From: Myxococcales bacterium
GTDB taxonomy: Bacteria > Myxococcota_A > UBA9042
Direction: 5' to 3'
Assembly: GCA_037441385.1 (NCBI GenBank)
Contig: JBBISH010000001.1
Coordinates: forward strand, 96,001 to 160,000
Length of the DNA stretch: 64,000 nucleotides
Notes under the pieces: model-generated
Seen by the model: only the letters and a program-made list of their open reading frames with translations
Databases searched by the model: none
Told to the model about the DNA's origin: nothing
Program-made: the position numbers and the translations under genes
Shown: positions 48,753-57,365 of the stretch, in pieces
Numbering within the stretch: the first letter of the stretch is position 1
Layout of the letters: the number at the start of each line of letters is the position of its first letter

Positions 48753-49352
48753 TCACCGATCCGCAGGGCGGCCCTGGCGTGCGCCGAGCAACACCGCCAG
48801 CACCAGGCCAAAGGCAATCCAATGTTGCGGATCCGCAGTGTCACGGGCGGCGTAGTGCCCAATGACCAAGACCGCAGCCAAATAGACCAGCCGGTGCAAC
48901 TTCTTCCAGCGCGCCGCCCCCAGGCGCTTGACCACTGCAGCAGGCGAGGTGACCGTCAGCATCAGCATCAGCACCGTCGCCAACGAGCCCAGCAACAGCC
49001 ACGGGGTCTGTGCGATTTTGGCTAGTCCGGCGGCCACATTCGGCCCGTGCTCGCCGATCTGCCAGGTACCCACGTGCAGCAGAACAAGACCGGCCGAGGT
49101 CAGCCCCAAGCGGCGCCGCCACCGTGCTGGCCACGTGGCGCCCAGCCAAATCCGCGCGGGGGTGCAGGCCAGCGCGGCAAGCAGCCAGACGAGCGCCCAA
49201 AACCCCAAGTAGTTGGCCGCCCATACCGCCGGGCTGGCCAACGGGCGCTCGCCAACTTGTTGCGGACCTTGGGCCACCGCGTAGCCGACGTGGGCGATCG
49301 TCGCGGCTAGACCCAGCCCGTAGATCCCCGTCTCGCGTGTCTGGTCCTGCAC
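48753..49352 (-). CDS. msrQ: MsrQ-like heme-binding ferric reductase membrane protein
   Basis: ACTPAR, RRRLGL...LH, WKKLHRLVY...GHY. Confidence 0.75.
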   Translation of the reverse strand: MQDQTRETGIYGLGLAATIAHVGYAVAQGPQQVGERPLASPAVWAANYLGFWALVWLLAALACTPARIWLGATWPARWRRRLGLTSAGLVLLHVGTWQIGEHGPNVAAGLAKIAQTPWLLLGSLATVLMLMLTVTSPAAVVKRLGAARWKKLHRLVYLAAVLVIGHYAARDTADPQHWIAFGLVLAVLLGARQGRPADR

Positions 49353-49546
49353 GATACCGCCCCTGGCGAACCCGCCGCCGGCCGGCAGGATAGCGATGCC
49401 GCAGGCAGGCCGCCACCCGCTCGCCAGGCCGATCGCGGCCTTCCTGGGATGGAGCAGGCCTCAGCGCTGCAAACAGCGATTGCAGCCTGGGGTCAAACAC
49501 AGCAGAATCGCAGTCCGGCCCAGCCGCGGGCCCCACAGAAGCCGTC

Positions 49547-52201
49547 ATGCAGCAAGGACTTGTGCGGATTGCGTTGGCGGTGGCCTCGGCTGCCGCGCTG
49601 GCCCAGTGCAGCAGCGACCCAGCTCCCGCCAAGGTTGCTGCGGCGGATGCTGCAGTCGAAACCGGTCCCGATTCGCAGGTTGCCGGCCTGGCCGATGCCA
49701 GCACCGCGGCGGACGCCCCCGTCGACGCGACCGCGACGGACACCGCGACAGAAGAGGTCGCGGAACCGAGCGACGTGGCGGTCGACACGTTTGGCGTGTA
49801 TCCCAAGCAAGTTGCCGATGCCCCACCCGCCGTGACGCCGCGGTTTGCCATCCCAGCGACCGCCCCTGCCGCCGAGTGGAAGGGCGCGCCCGCCGGGCAG
49901 AAAGTCTATGTGCTGCCCAATGGCCGCTGGTTGACGCCGACCGGCGACGAGATCTTCCTGGGCGATTTTCCGCAGGGCCTGACCTTGCACCCAGGCGGCA
50001 AGGTGGCCTACGTGGCCAACGGCGGCCATGCCAAGGCGATCCAGGTAGTCGATCTCGCCAGCAAGAAGGTCATCCAGACGGTCAAAAAGCCCTTTATCTA
50101 TCGATGGCTGTCCGTGTCGGCCGATGGCAAGTTCTTGTACGCGTCGGGCGGCCCGCGGCAGTCGGCCTGGCGCATGGAGATCGACGCCGACGGCAAACTG
50201 GGCAAAGACAAAGAGTACACGACCGAGAGCGGCTTCTTTGGCATTGCCGCCTCGCCAGACGGCAAGTATCTGTACGGGCTGGTGGATTTGGCCAAGGGCA
50301 GCGACGGCAAGCTGCATCCGCAGCTGTGGCGTATGGACACCGCCACTGGCGACCACGATGCCACTGCGCAACTGGGCGATGCCCCCTACGACTTGGTGGT
50401 GGCACCCGACGGGAAGACTGCGTTTTCAATAGGTTGGCGCGGCGGACGCGTGCAACGCATCGACTTGGGCAGCATGGCAGCGCCGGGCGAGGACCAGACC
50501 GTCAAGCTGGGTTGGAACGGCCAAGGCATCGCGCTGAGCCCCGATGGCCAAACGGTGTACGCCACCGCGGTCGAGGGGGATCTGCTGGTGGCCATCGACG
50601 CCAAGACCCTGGCCAAGATCGCTGAGATTCCCCTCAATTTCGCCAAGGTACCCGGCATGGCGCCGCAGGGCCGCGACCCGGGCTTCGTGCGAGCTTCGCC
50701 CGATGGCAAGCGCGTCTACGTCGTGTGCGCCATGAGCAACGAGGTGATCGTGGTCGACGCGGCCAGCAAAGCGGTGGTCGGAACCATCCCCACGGGCTGG
50801 TACCCGTCGGCCCTCGCCATCTCGGCAGACAACAAGACGTTGTATGTGGTCAACGCGAAAGGCAATGGCTATCCACCAGGGCCCTGGACGCTGGGCGGCG
50901 CCAGCGATGGCTACATGGGCACGCTGTCGATCATCGCGATCCCCGACGACACCACGCTCAAGGCCAATCAAACCTTGGTGTTGGACAACATGTACGGCGT
51001 CCAAGGCATCGGCCGCGTCCCGGCAAGTGTCGAGGCCAAGCAAGTCCTGCCCGACACGGGCGGCTCGCAGCAGATTCGGCATGTGGTGTATTTGATCCGC
51101 GAAAACAAGACCTTTGACGTAGAACTGGGCGACCTGGCCGGCGAAGTGACGGGCGTGGTGGCCGATCCGCAGTACGCGCTGTTTGGCGAAGAGTACACCC
51201 CCAACTTGCACAAGCTGGCCAAGCAGTTCTGCTTGTTGGACAACTTCTATACCGACGGCGACTACTCTGCCGTGGGCCATAGCTACGCAATGGCAGGCAA
51301 GGCCTCGGACTACATCGAAAAGTTCTACCCCTTGCAGGATACTGGTGCCGCCGAGCTGACTTGGGGCGTGGGTCCGGCGTCGCGCCCGGGGCGCGGCTTC
51401 TTCTTTCACAACGTGCTGGCGCACGGGCTGACCGTGGCGAGCTATGGCGAAGTGGTCGGCATGGTCGACGTGTATTCGCTGACCCAGATCATGCAGTTGA
51501 AGTGGCCAGGGCTCGCGTTCAACCTGACGGTGTTGGATATCGAGAAAGCCACGTGGTTCAAAGAACATATCAAGTCGATCGACTTGCCAAACTTTACCGT
51601 CATCGTGCTGCCGGTCAACCACACGTGCTGCGGCAACGTCCCCGAACACCTGTCGCCCAAGTCGATGGTGGCCGACAACGACGAAGCGACCGGCGTGGTC
51701 ATCGAGGCCCTAAGTCAGCACAAGGACTGGAATTCTACGGCAGTGTTCATCTTCGAGGATGACCCGCAAGACGGTGGAGATTCGGTGGAGTACCACCGCA
51801 GCCCGCTGCTGATCGTGTCCCCGTGGGCCAAGCACGGCCATGTCGAACACGCACACCACGCGACCGGCGCCATCCACGCCACGATGGAGCGCATCCTGGA
51901 CGTGACCCCGCTGACCGAGCTGGATGCCCTGGCGGCGCCGGTCTACGGCTGCTTCACCAACCAAGCGGACAAGGGCGCCTACCAGCACATCGCCAGGCTG
52001 TATCCGCCCACGTTGAACAAGGAAGAACCCAAGAAGAAGTGGAACAAAGACTTGCAAGAGCAGTGGGACGACTACGGCGCGAACGACGTGGACGGCAAGC
52101 CAGGCCTGGGCCGCCTCCTTTGGCATCAATACCGGGGGAATCCAGCGCCTTGGCCTGTGCAACGCTATGCTCCAGAGGGCATTGAAGGCGACAACGATTG
52201 A
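49547..52201 (+). CDS. YncE-type beta-propeller/phosphoesterase (alkaline phosphatase superfamily) lipoprotein
   Basis: LAQC lipobox, SPDGK propeller repeats, HVVYLIRENKTFD, TPNLHKLA, EDDPQDGGD. Confidence 0.85.
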   Translation: MQQGLVRIALAVASAAALAQCSSDPAPAKVAAADAAVETGPDSQVAGLADASTAADAPVDATATDTATEEVAEPSDVAVDTFGVYPKQVADAPPAVTPRFAIPATAPAAEWKGAPAGQKVYVLPNGRWLTPTGDEIFLGDFPQGLTLHPGGKVAYVANGGHAKAIQVVDLASKKVIQTVKKPFIYRWLSVSADGKFLYASGGPRQSAWRMEIDADGKLGKDKEYTTESGFFGIAASPDGKYLYGLVDLAKGSDGKLHPQLWRMDTATGDHDATAQLGDAPYDLVVAPDGKTAFSIGWRGGRVQRIDLGSMAAPGEDQTVKLGWNGQGIALSPDGQTVYATAVEGDLLVAIDAKTLAKIAEIPLNFAKVPGMAPQGRDPGFVRASPDGKRVYVVCAMSNEVIVVDAASKAVVGTIPTGWYPSALAISADNKTLYVVNAKGNGYPPGPWTLGGASDGYMGTLSIIAIPDDTTLKANQTLVLDNMYGVQGIGRVPASVEAKQVLPDTGGSQQIRHVVYLIRENKTFDVELGDLAGEVTGVVADPQYALFGEEYTPNLHKLAKQFCLLDNFYTDGDYSAVGHSYAMAGKASDYIEKFYPLQDTGAAELTWGVGPASRPGRGFFFHNVLAHGLTVASYGEVVGMVDVYSLTQIMQLKWPGLAFNLTVLDIEKATWFKEHIKSIDLPNFTVIVLPVNHTCCGNVPEHLSPKSMVADNDEATGVVIEALSQHKDWNSTAVFIFEDDPQDGGDSVEYHRSPLLIVSPWAKHGHVEHAHHATGAIHATMERILDVTPLTELDALAAPVYGCFTNQADKGAYQHIARLYPPTLNKEEPKKKWNKDLQEQWDDYGANDVDGKPGLGRLLWHQYRGNPAPWPVQRYAPEGIEGDND

Positions 52202-53598
52202 AGAAGTCTCGCATTCTTGCCGCTGCGGCTTTGGCCACAGGCGTGGTCGTCGTCTACGCCAGCGCTTGCCGAACTCCCCAATCCACCGCTGCACCGATTG
52301 CCAGCCCCGCGCCAGCGCCGCAGCCTGAGCTTCCTGCTGCCATTACCGCCACTTGCCCGTCGTCCGCTGGGACCGACGAAGCTGCGCCCCAACCGACGGC
52401 GCCCGTCCAGCGCGTGCGCAACCCGCACATGACCTGGCAACGCGACCCGGCCAGCACCATCACGTTCACCTGGACGACCGACGCCGCCAACGTGGAAGCC
52501 TATGTGCCCAAGGCCATCGTGGCGCCGGCCAGTCTGGGGTGCGCCACCGGCGAGCGGCTCTTTGCCGTCGGCCAAACCGTAGTGGGCAAAGGCGATGTCT
52601 TGGTTACCACGGTGGGCGGCGACCGCGTCCCAGTGCCGGCGTGGACGGTGGAAGTCGCCGGTCTGCAGCCCGAAACGGACTACGTGGCGCGCGTGGGCGG
52701 CTGGACCGACGTGCCCGGCAAACGGCCAGCACAGGCCAACCTATCGGACCTTCTGCACTTCCGCACGGGCTCGCCCAAAGGCAGCCGGACCCCGTTCCAG
52801 GTCGTGCTCGCGGGCGACAGCCGCGGAGGTTCGTCCGAAATTCGCCAGCAGGCTGCCCGCTTGGCGGCCGTGCCCGCAGTCGCGTGGTTCTTCAACGGCG
52901 ACATGACGCCGCGCGGCAGCCAAGACGAGTGGAACGACTGGTTTGCGGCGATGGCGCCGATCTTGCGCCGGCATCCACTGCTCCCCGTTCAAGGCAACCA
53001 CGAGCTGCAAAGCGAGCTGTACTACTCGCAATTTGCGCTGCCGGTCGAACCGGGGCTGGCCAAGTCGCTGGCCGAGCACGCCTGGAGCGTCGACCTGGGC
53101 AATGTCCACTTTGTGGGCCTGGACAGCAACAATGCCGAGGGGATCGCACGGCAAGTCCCGTGGTTGACAGCTAATTTGGCCAAGGCCCAGGCCGACCCGG
53201 CCATCGATTTTACCGTGTGCATGATGCACCACGCGCCCTGGTCCGCCTCGGCCCATGGCAGCCACGAAGGGATTCAGGCCACTTGGGGGCCGCTGTTCGA
53301 CCGCTATGGCGTCGATCTGGTCTTCTCGGGCCACGATCACGACTACGAGCGCACCATTGCGCTGCAGGACGGCAAGGCGGCCGCAGTTGGTCAAGGGGTT
53401 GTGTACGTGGTCGCCGGCGGGTTCTTCGCACCCGGTTACCCCAATGGTCACGAGTGGTTCACGGCTACTTCGGCCCACGGCGACCTGCGCAACTATGTGG
53501 TGCTGGGGGTGACGGGCCAAGCCCTTGGGTTGACAGCCTATTCGGGCGACGGACGCCGGGTCTTGGACCAATTTACCCTGCCCCGTCCGCCGCGTTGA
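52198..53598 (+). CDS. purple-acid-phosphatase-like metallophosphoesterase with FN3 domain
   Basis: ASAC lipobox, GLQPETDY (FN3), GDS, NGD, GNHE, MHH, GHDH; TTG start overlaps upstream stop. Confidence 0.85.
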   Translation: MKKSRILAAAALATGVVVVYASACRTPQSTAAPIASPAPAPQPELPAAITATCPSSAGTDEAAPQPTAPVQRVRNPHMTWQRDPASTITFTWTTDAANVEAYVPKAIVAPASLGCATGERLFAVGQTVVGKGDVLVTTVGGDRVPVPAWTVEVAGLQPETDYVARVGGWTDVPGKRPAQANLSDLLHFRTGSPKGSRTPFQVVLAGDSRGGSSEIRQQAARLAAVPAVAWFFNGDMTPRGSQDEWNDWFAAMAPILRRHPLLPVQGNHELQSELYYSQFALPVEPGLAKSLAEHAWSVDLGNVHFVGLDSNNAEGIARQVPWLTANLAKAQADPAIDFTVCMMHHAPWSASAHGSHEGIQATWGPLFDRYGVDLVFSGHDHDYERTIALQDGKAAAVGQGVVYVVAGGFFAPGYPNGHEWFTATSAHGDLRNYVVLGVTGQALGLTAYSGDGRRVLDQFTLPRPPR

Positions 53599-53661
53599 GT
53601 TTTTGCCCCGGCGGGCCTAGCTTGGCAGTTGCGCGATTTGCGCTGCCAAACGGAGCCAGCC

Positions 53662-55839
53662 GTGGCCGACGAAACCGGGAGCGCGCCCGAATCTCCCCTA
53701 AAAACAGGCCTGAAATTCGACTGTGGTGACTTGGCGGAGCACCCCCTGTTGGGGCTCTTGGGTCAAGAAGACCGCACGGTACTGTGCGAGTGCCTGGAGC
53801 GCGTCGAGGCCCAGCTGGGCAACTCGATCGTGGTGCAAGGTGCCGACGATCAAGCCCTTTACTTCGTGTTCGACGGCGAGGCGCGGGTCGTGCGCGACGG
53901 CATCGACATCGGCGCCATCCACCCCGGCGACCACTTTGGCGAGTTGGGGATGGTCTTGCAGCGCCGCCGCGCCGCCTCGGTCCAGGCCCTGACGCAGCTG
54001 CAGCTCGCCCGGCTGGACCGCGACAGGTACATGGAACTCATCGCGAACCACCCACAAACCGCCGTGCGCCTGCTCGAAACCGTGGTGGGCGGCGTGGCGG
54101 CCCGGCTCGAGGTCATGACCGACAATGTCAGTCTGCTCTTGCGCGATCGGTCGCTGGCGCGCCGCACCGAAGTACGCATTCGGATTGGCACCCAGTGGCA
54201 AACGTTGCGGACCGGCACGCCCGTGGGTGCCGTGTTGCCGCGGCTGGTCGGCGACGCACCCGTGGTGGCCGCGCTGGTGGATCACCGCATCGTCTCGCTG
54301 AGTTGGCCGCTCACGTCGCAGTGCAGTGTGGCGGCGTTGACCACCGCGGACTCGGAGGGGCAAGAAGTCGTACGTAATTCCGCGGCCTTGTTGCTACTTG
54401 AAGCCGCTTACCACTTGGACCCGTCGCTGCAGATCGAGATGGGCTACTCGATTGGCGTGGGCCGGCGCATCGTGGTGCGCGAGTCGCTGACCGGCACCAG
54501 CGCCAGCCTGGCCCACGAGCTGGAGCAAGGCATCCACGCGCTCATCCACAGCGGCGGCCGCCCCCGCGAAGAATGGTGGACCGTAGAGGAGGCGCGCGAC
54601 CACTTTGTCGACCGCGGCTGGGAGTCGGCGGCAACGCTGCTGCGCACCTGGCACCACCCCACGGTGTCGCTGTGCTCGTATGGCGAGGTGTACGCCCTCA
54701 GCTTCTCGGCGCTCGTCGAGGACTTGCAGCTCCTACACGGCACGCGCGTCGTCTCGGATCACTCGGGCCTGTACCTGCACTACCCGTCGGTCGCGATCGC
54801 CCGCAACGGCAGCGCCCACACCGCGTTGGTCGACGTAGGCATGGTATCGCAGCAAACCAGCGCGATGACCAACCCGCAAGAGAAGTGGCTGCAGGCACTG
54901 GGCGTGCGCTCGGTCGGCAACTTCAACGACGCCTGCATCCGCGGCGACGTAGCCCAGATGATCCGCGTGGCCGAAGGCTTCCAAGAAAAGCGCATCATCG
55001 AGATCGCCGACCGCATCCGCGAGCATCACAACGTCATCCGCATCGTCTCGATCGCCGGGCCGTCTTCGTCGGGCAAGACGACCTTCATCAAGCGCTTGAA
55101 AGTGCAGCTGCAAGTCGACGGCCTGCAGCCCGTTGGCCTATCGCTGGACGACTACTACATCGACCGCGAGCAAACGCCGCGCGACGAAAAGGGCGAATAC
55201 GATTTCGAGGCATTTGAAGCGTTGCGTTTCCAGCTGCTCCAAGAGCACCTGCAGCAACTGTTGGCCGGGCAAGAGGTCGCGACGGCGCGCTACGACTTCC
55301 AGACCGGCCATTCGCACCCGGCTGGCGGCCCGCTTTTGCACCTGCGCGACAACGAAATCCTGTTGCTCGAAGGGATCCATGGCCTGAACCCGGACTTGCT
55401 GGCCGGCATCGACATGAAGCACGTGTTCAGCATCTTTGTGTGTCCCCTGGCCCAGCTGCCCTTTGACCGTCTGACCCGCATCAATGCGTCGGATGTGCGC
55501 TTGCTGCGGCGCATCGTCCGTGACCGCCATACGCGCAACCACGACGCCGCGCAGACGATTGCCCGCTGGCCGTCGGTCCGGATGGGCGAGCGCAAGCACA
55601 TTTTCCCCTATCAGGGGCAGGCCAGCGCCGTGTTCGACTCGTCGCTGATCTACGAAGTGAGCGTGCTCAAGGTATTCGCCCAGCGCTACCTGCTCGAGGT
55701 GCCCAGCAGCGACCCGTCGTATGCTACCGCCGCCCGGCTGCTGTCGCTGCTCGACCGGTTCGTGACCATCTACCCGGACCACGTGCCGCCAACCTCGATT
55801 TTGCGCGAATTCATCGGCTCTTCTGGCTTCGAGTACTGA
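53662..55839 (+). CDS. cNMP-binding domain + ThrRS-N-like domain + uridine kinase/PRK-family fusion
   Basis: PGDHFGELG...RRAASV; ThrRS N-terminal-like middle region; IAGPSSSGKTT, SLDDYY, EGIHGLNP. Confidence 0.85.
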   Translation: MADETGSAPESPLKTGLKFDCGDLAEHPLLGLLGQEDRTVLCECLERVEAQLGNSIVVQGADDQALYFVFDGEARVVRDGIDIGAIHPGDHFGELGMVLQRRRAASVQALTQLQLARLDRDRYMELIANHPQTAVRLLETVVGGVAARLEVMTDNVSLLLRDRSLARRTEVRIRIGTQWQTLRTGTPVGAVLPRLVGDAPVVAALVDHRIVSLSWPLTSQCSVAALTTADSEGQEVVRNSAALLLLEAAYHLDPSLQIEMGYSIGVGRRIVVRESLTGTSASLAHELEQGIHALIHSGGRPREEWWTVEEARDHFVDRGWESAATLLRTWHHPTVSLCSYGEVYALSFSALVEDLQLLHGTRVVSDHSGLYLHYPSVAIARNGSAHTALVDVGMVSQQTSAMTNPQEKWLQALGVRSVGNFNDACIRGDVAQMIRVAEGFQEKRIIEIADRIREHHNVIRIVSIAGPSSSGKTTFIKRLKVQLQVDGLQPVGLSLDDYYIDREQTPRDEKGEYDFEAFEALRFQLLQEHLQQLLAGQEVATARYDFQTGHSHPAGGPLLHLRDNEILLLEGIHGLNPDLLAGIDMKHVFSIFVCPLAQLPFDRLTRINASDVRLLRRIVRDRHTRNHDAAQTIARWPSVRMGERKHIFPYQGQASAVFDSSLIYEVSVLKVFAQRYLLEVPSSDPSYATAARLLSLLDRFVTIYPDHVPPTSILREFIGSSGFEY

Positions 55840-55859
55840 CCCAGGCCAACACCGCTCAT

Positions 55860-55995
55860 ACCAGTTCCGTCCGAATCGGATCGAAAACTCGGGCAATTCT
55901 TCGGGCCCGAACCGGGGTCCCCGCCTGATTCTCGCCAGTTGCAGAACGGGTCAGAAAAGCCGTACAGGCGCGAATCAGGTGGGGTGCGTATCAGA
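55860..55995. repeat. ~135-bp structured repeat element, copy 1
   Basis: 113/125 identical to copy 2 by hand alignment; CCCCGCCTGATTC...GAATCAGGTGGGG stem; flanked by a GCCAACACCGC direct repeat. Confidence 0.9.
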
Positions 55996-56074
55996 GCCAA
56001 CACCGCCCAGAGCTCGCTGCGGCCGCCCTGACCGCGCGATCGGGCCGCGACGTCCCACCATCTTGCCGGCCCCG

Positions 56075-56210
56075 ACCGGATCCGTTCAAATCGGATCGAA
56101 AACTCAGGCAATTCTCAGGGCCCGAACCAGGGTCCCCGCCTGATTCTCGCCAGTTGCACAACGGGTCAGACGAGGCGTACAGGCGTGAATCCGGTGGGGT
56201 GCGTACCATG
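56075..56210. repeat. ~135-bp structured repeat element, copy 2
   Basis: Ungapped match to copy 1 at a 215-bp offset. Confidence 0.9.
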
Positions 56211-56266
56211 GGAATACTTGCGCGGGTCCAAGGCTTTCCGTAGCTTGAAAGCAGGAGGCCGAACCC

Positions 56267-57097
56267 GTGACCCCAGTTGATCCCCAGCCCCAACCGCGCC
56301 GCAACCTATGGCTGCGCCGCCTGCCGTTTGTGGCCGGGCTGCTCGCCGTGGGCGGGTTGGTCGGGTGGGCCAGCTTGCGGCCCCTGCCGTCAGCGCTGCC
56401 GCCGCCGCAGTCGGCCTCTGAACCCCACTTGGCGCAAAAACTGGCATTCGATCCGCGCTCGGCCATCCGCTTGGTCGCGACCGTGCGCTGGGGCCATCCA
56501 GAAGCCAAGGCCGACGAGGTCGGGCCAACTGGCCAGACGGTGACTTGGGACGGCTACCTCTCGTTGAACTGCGGCGCCATCGAGCAGGTGGAGCCGCTGG
56601 GCCTAGAGCTGTTGCGCGACGACGAGGGCCGTCCAACGGCCGGCGACCGCATGGGACCGGTCGTGATCGGCGAAAAGGGCGACCAACGCGTCTACTGGCG
56701 CTCGTCCACCGGGCTGGATTGGGACGGCGTGCGAGTACAGGTCGCAGCCTGCCCGCGCGGCGAAGAGCCGTCCGTCTTGCGGGTCGTTACGCCGCCGCGC
56801 ACCTATGTGGCGCGCCTGGACTGGACGGTCGACGACTTTGTTTCGATGCCCGTTGGCCACGGGGGCGCCTCGCTCGACGTGCACATTGCCGCCGCCAAAG
56901 ATGCCGATAGTCTGCAGGCGTCGCGCATCACTGCGGCCCCGCCACCACCGCCAACGCGCCTGGCGCCCGTGGCCGAGAGCCATGAAACGGCCGACCCCGA
57001 TGACCCGGCTGCGGTCGTACCCGGCACCGCGCAAGGCGAGCCGGCCTCTGGCCTCTCGGCGCAGGGTGCCGCGCCCGCAGTCGGTCCCGTGCAGTAG
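56267..57097 (+). CDS. hypothetical membrane-anchored protein
   Basis: AGGAGG RBS, GTG start, one TM helix, beta-rich domain, Pro/Ala tail. Confidence 0.7.
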   Translation: MTPVDPQPQPRRNLWLRRLPFVAGLLAVGGLVGWASLRPLPSALPPPQSASEPHLAQKLAFDPRSAIRLVATVRWGHPEAKADEVGPTGQTVTWDGYLSLNCGAIEQVEPLGLELLRDDEGRPTAGDRMGPVVIGEKGDQRVYWRSSTGLDWDGVRVQVAACPRGEEPSVLRVVTPPRTYVARLDWTVDDFVSMPVGHGGASLDVHIAAAKDADSLQASRITAAPPPPPTRLAPVAESHETADPDDPAAVVPGTAQGEPASGLSAQGAAPAVGPVQ

Positions 57098-57158
57098 GCG
57101 AATCCACGCCCCCCAGCCGTCCGGCCCTGCCGCGAAGCGCTCTGCCAGCGAGCATCCC

Positions 57159-57294
57159 ACCGAATCCATGCGAATCGGCGCAAAAGACTTGGGGAATGGG
57201 GCTGGCCCGCACCGGGATCCCCGCCTGATTCTCGCCAGTTGCACGAGAGGCCAGCCAAGCCGTGCGCCACGAATCAAGTGGGGCTTGTGTCAGG
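57159..57294. repeat. ~135-bp structured repeat element, copy 3 (diverged)
   Basis: Identical 26-bp core TCCCCGCCTGATTCTCGCCAGTTGCA (57218-57243) and GAATCAAGTGGGG partner arm. Confidence 0.85.
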
Positions 57295-57365
57295 GAAACC
57301 GTGCTGTTCTTGCGCTGGGCTATCGAGTCTTGGCCCCGCCGCACAGCCGTCGCCAGAGTCTGCGA

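Noticed and set aside
55770..56293. Minus-strand ORFs sharing the peptide CNWRESGGDPG
   Set aside because: The shared peptide simply reflects the DNA repeat read in different ORFs; no RBS or coding-like composition
55860..57294. CRISPR array or integron attC cassette array
   Set aside because: Repeats are ~135 bp with irregular spacing, lack RYYYAAC/GTTRRRY ends, and no integrase is in the window
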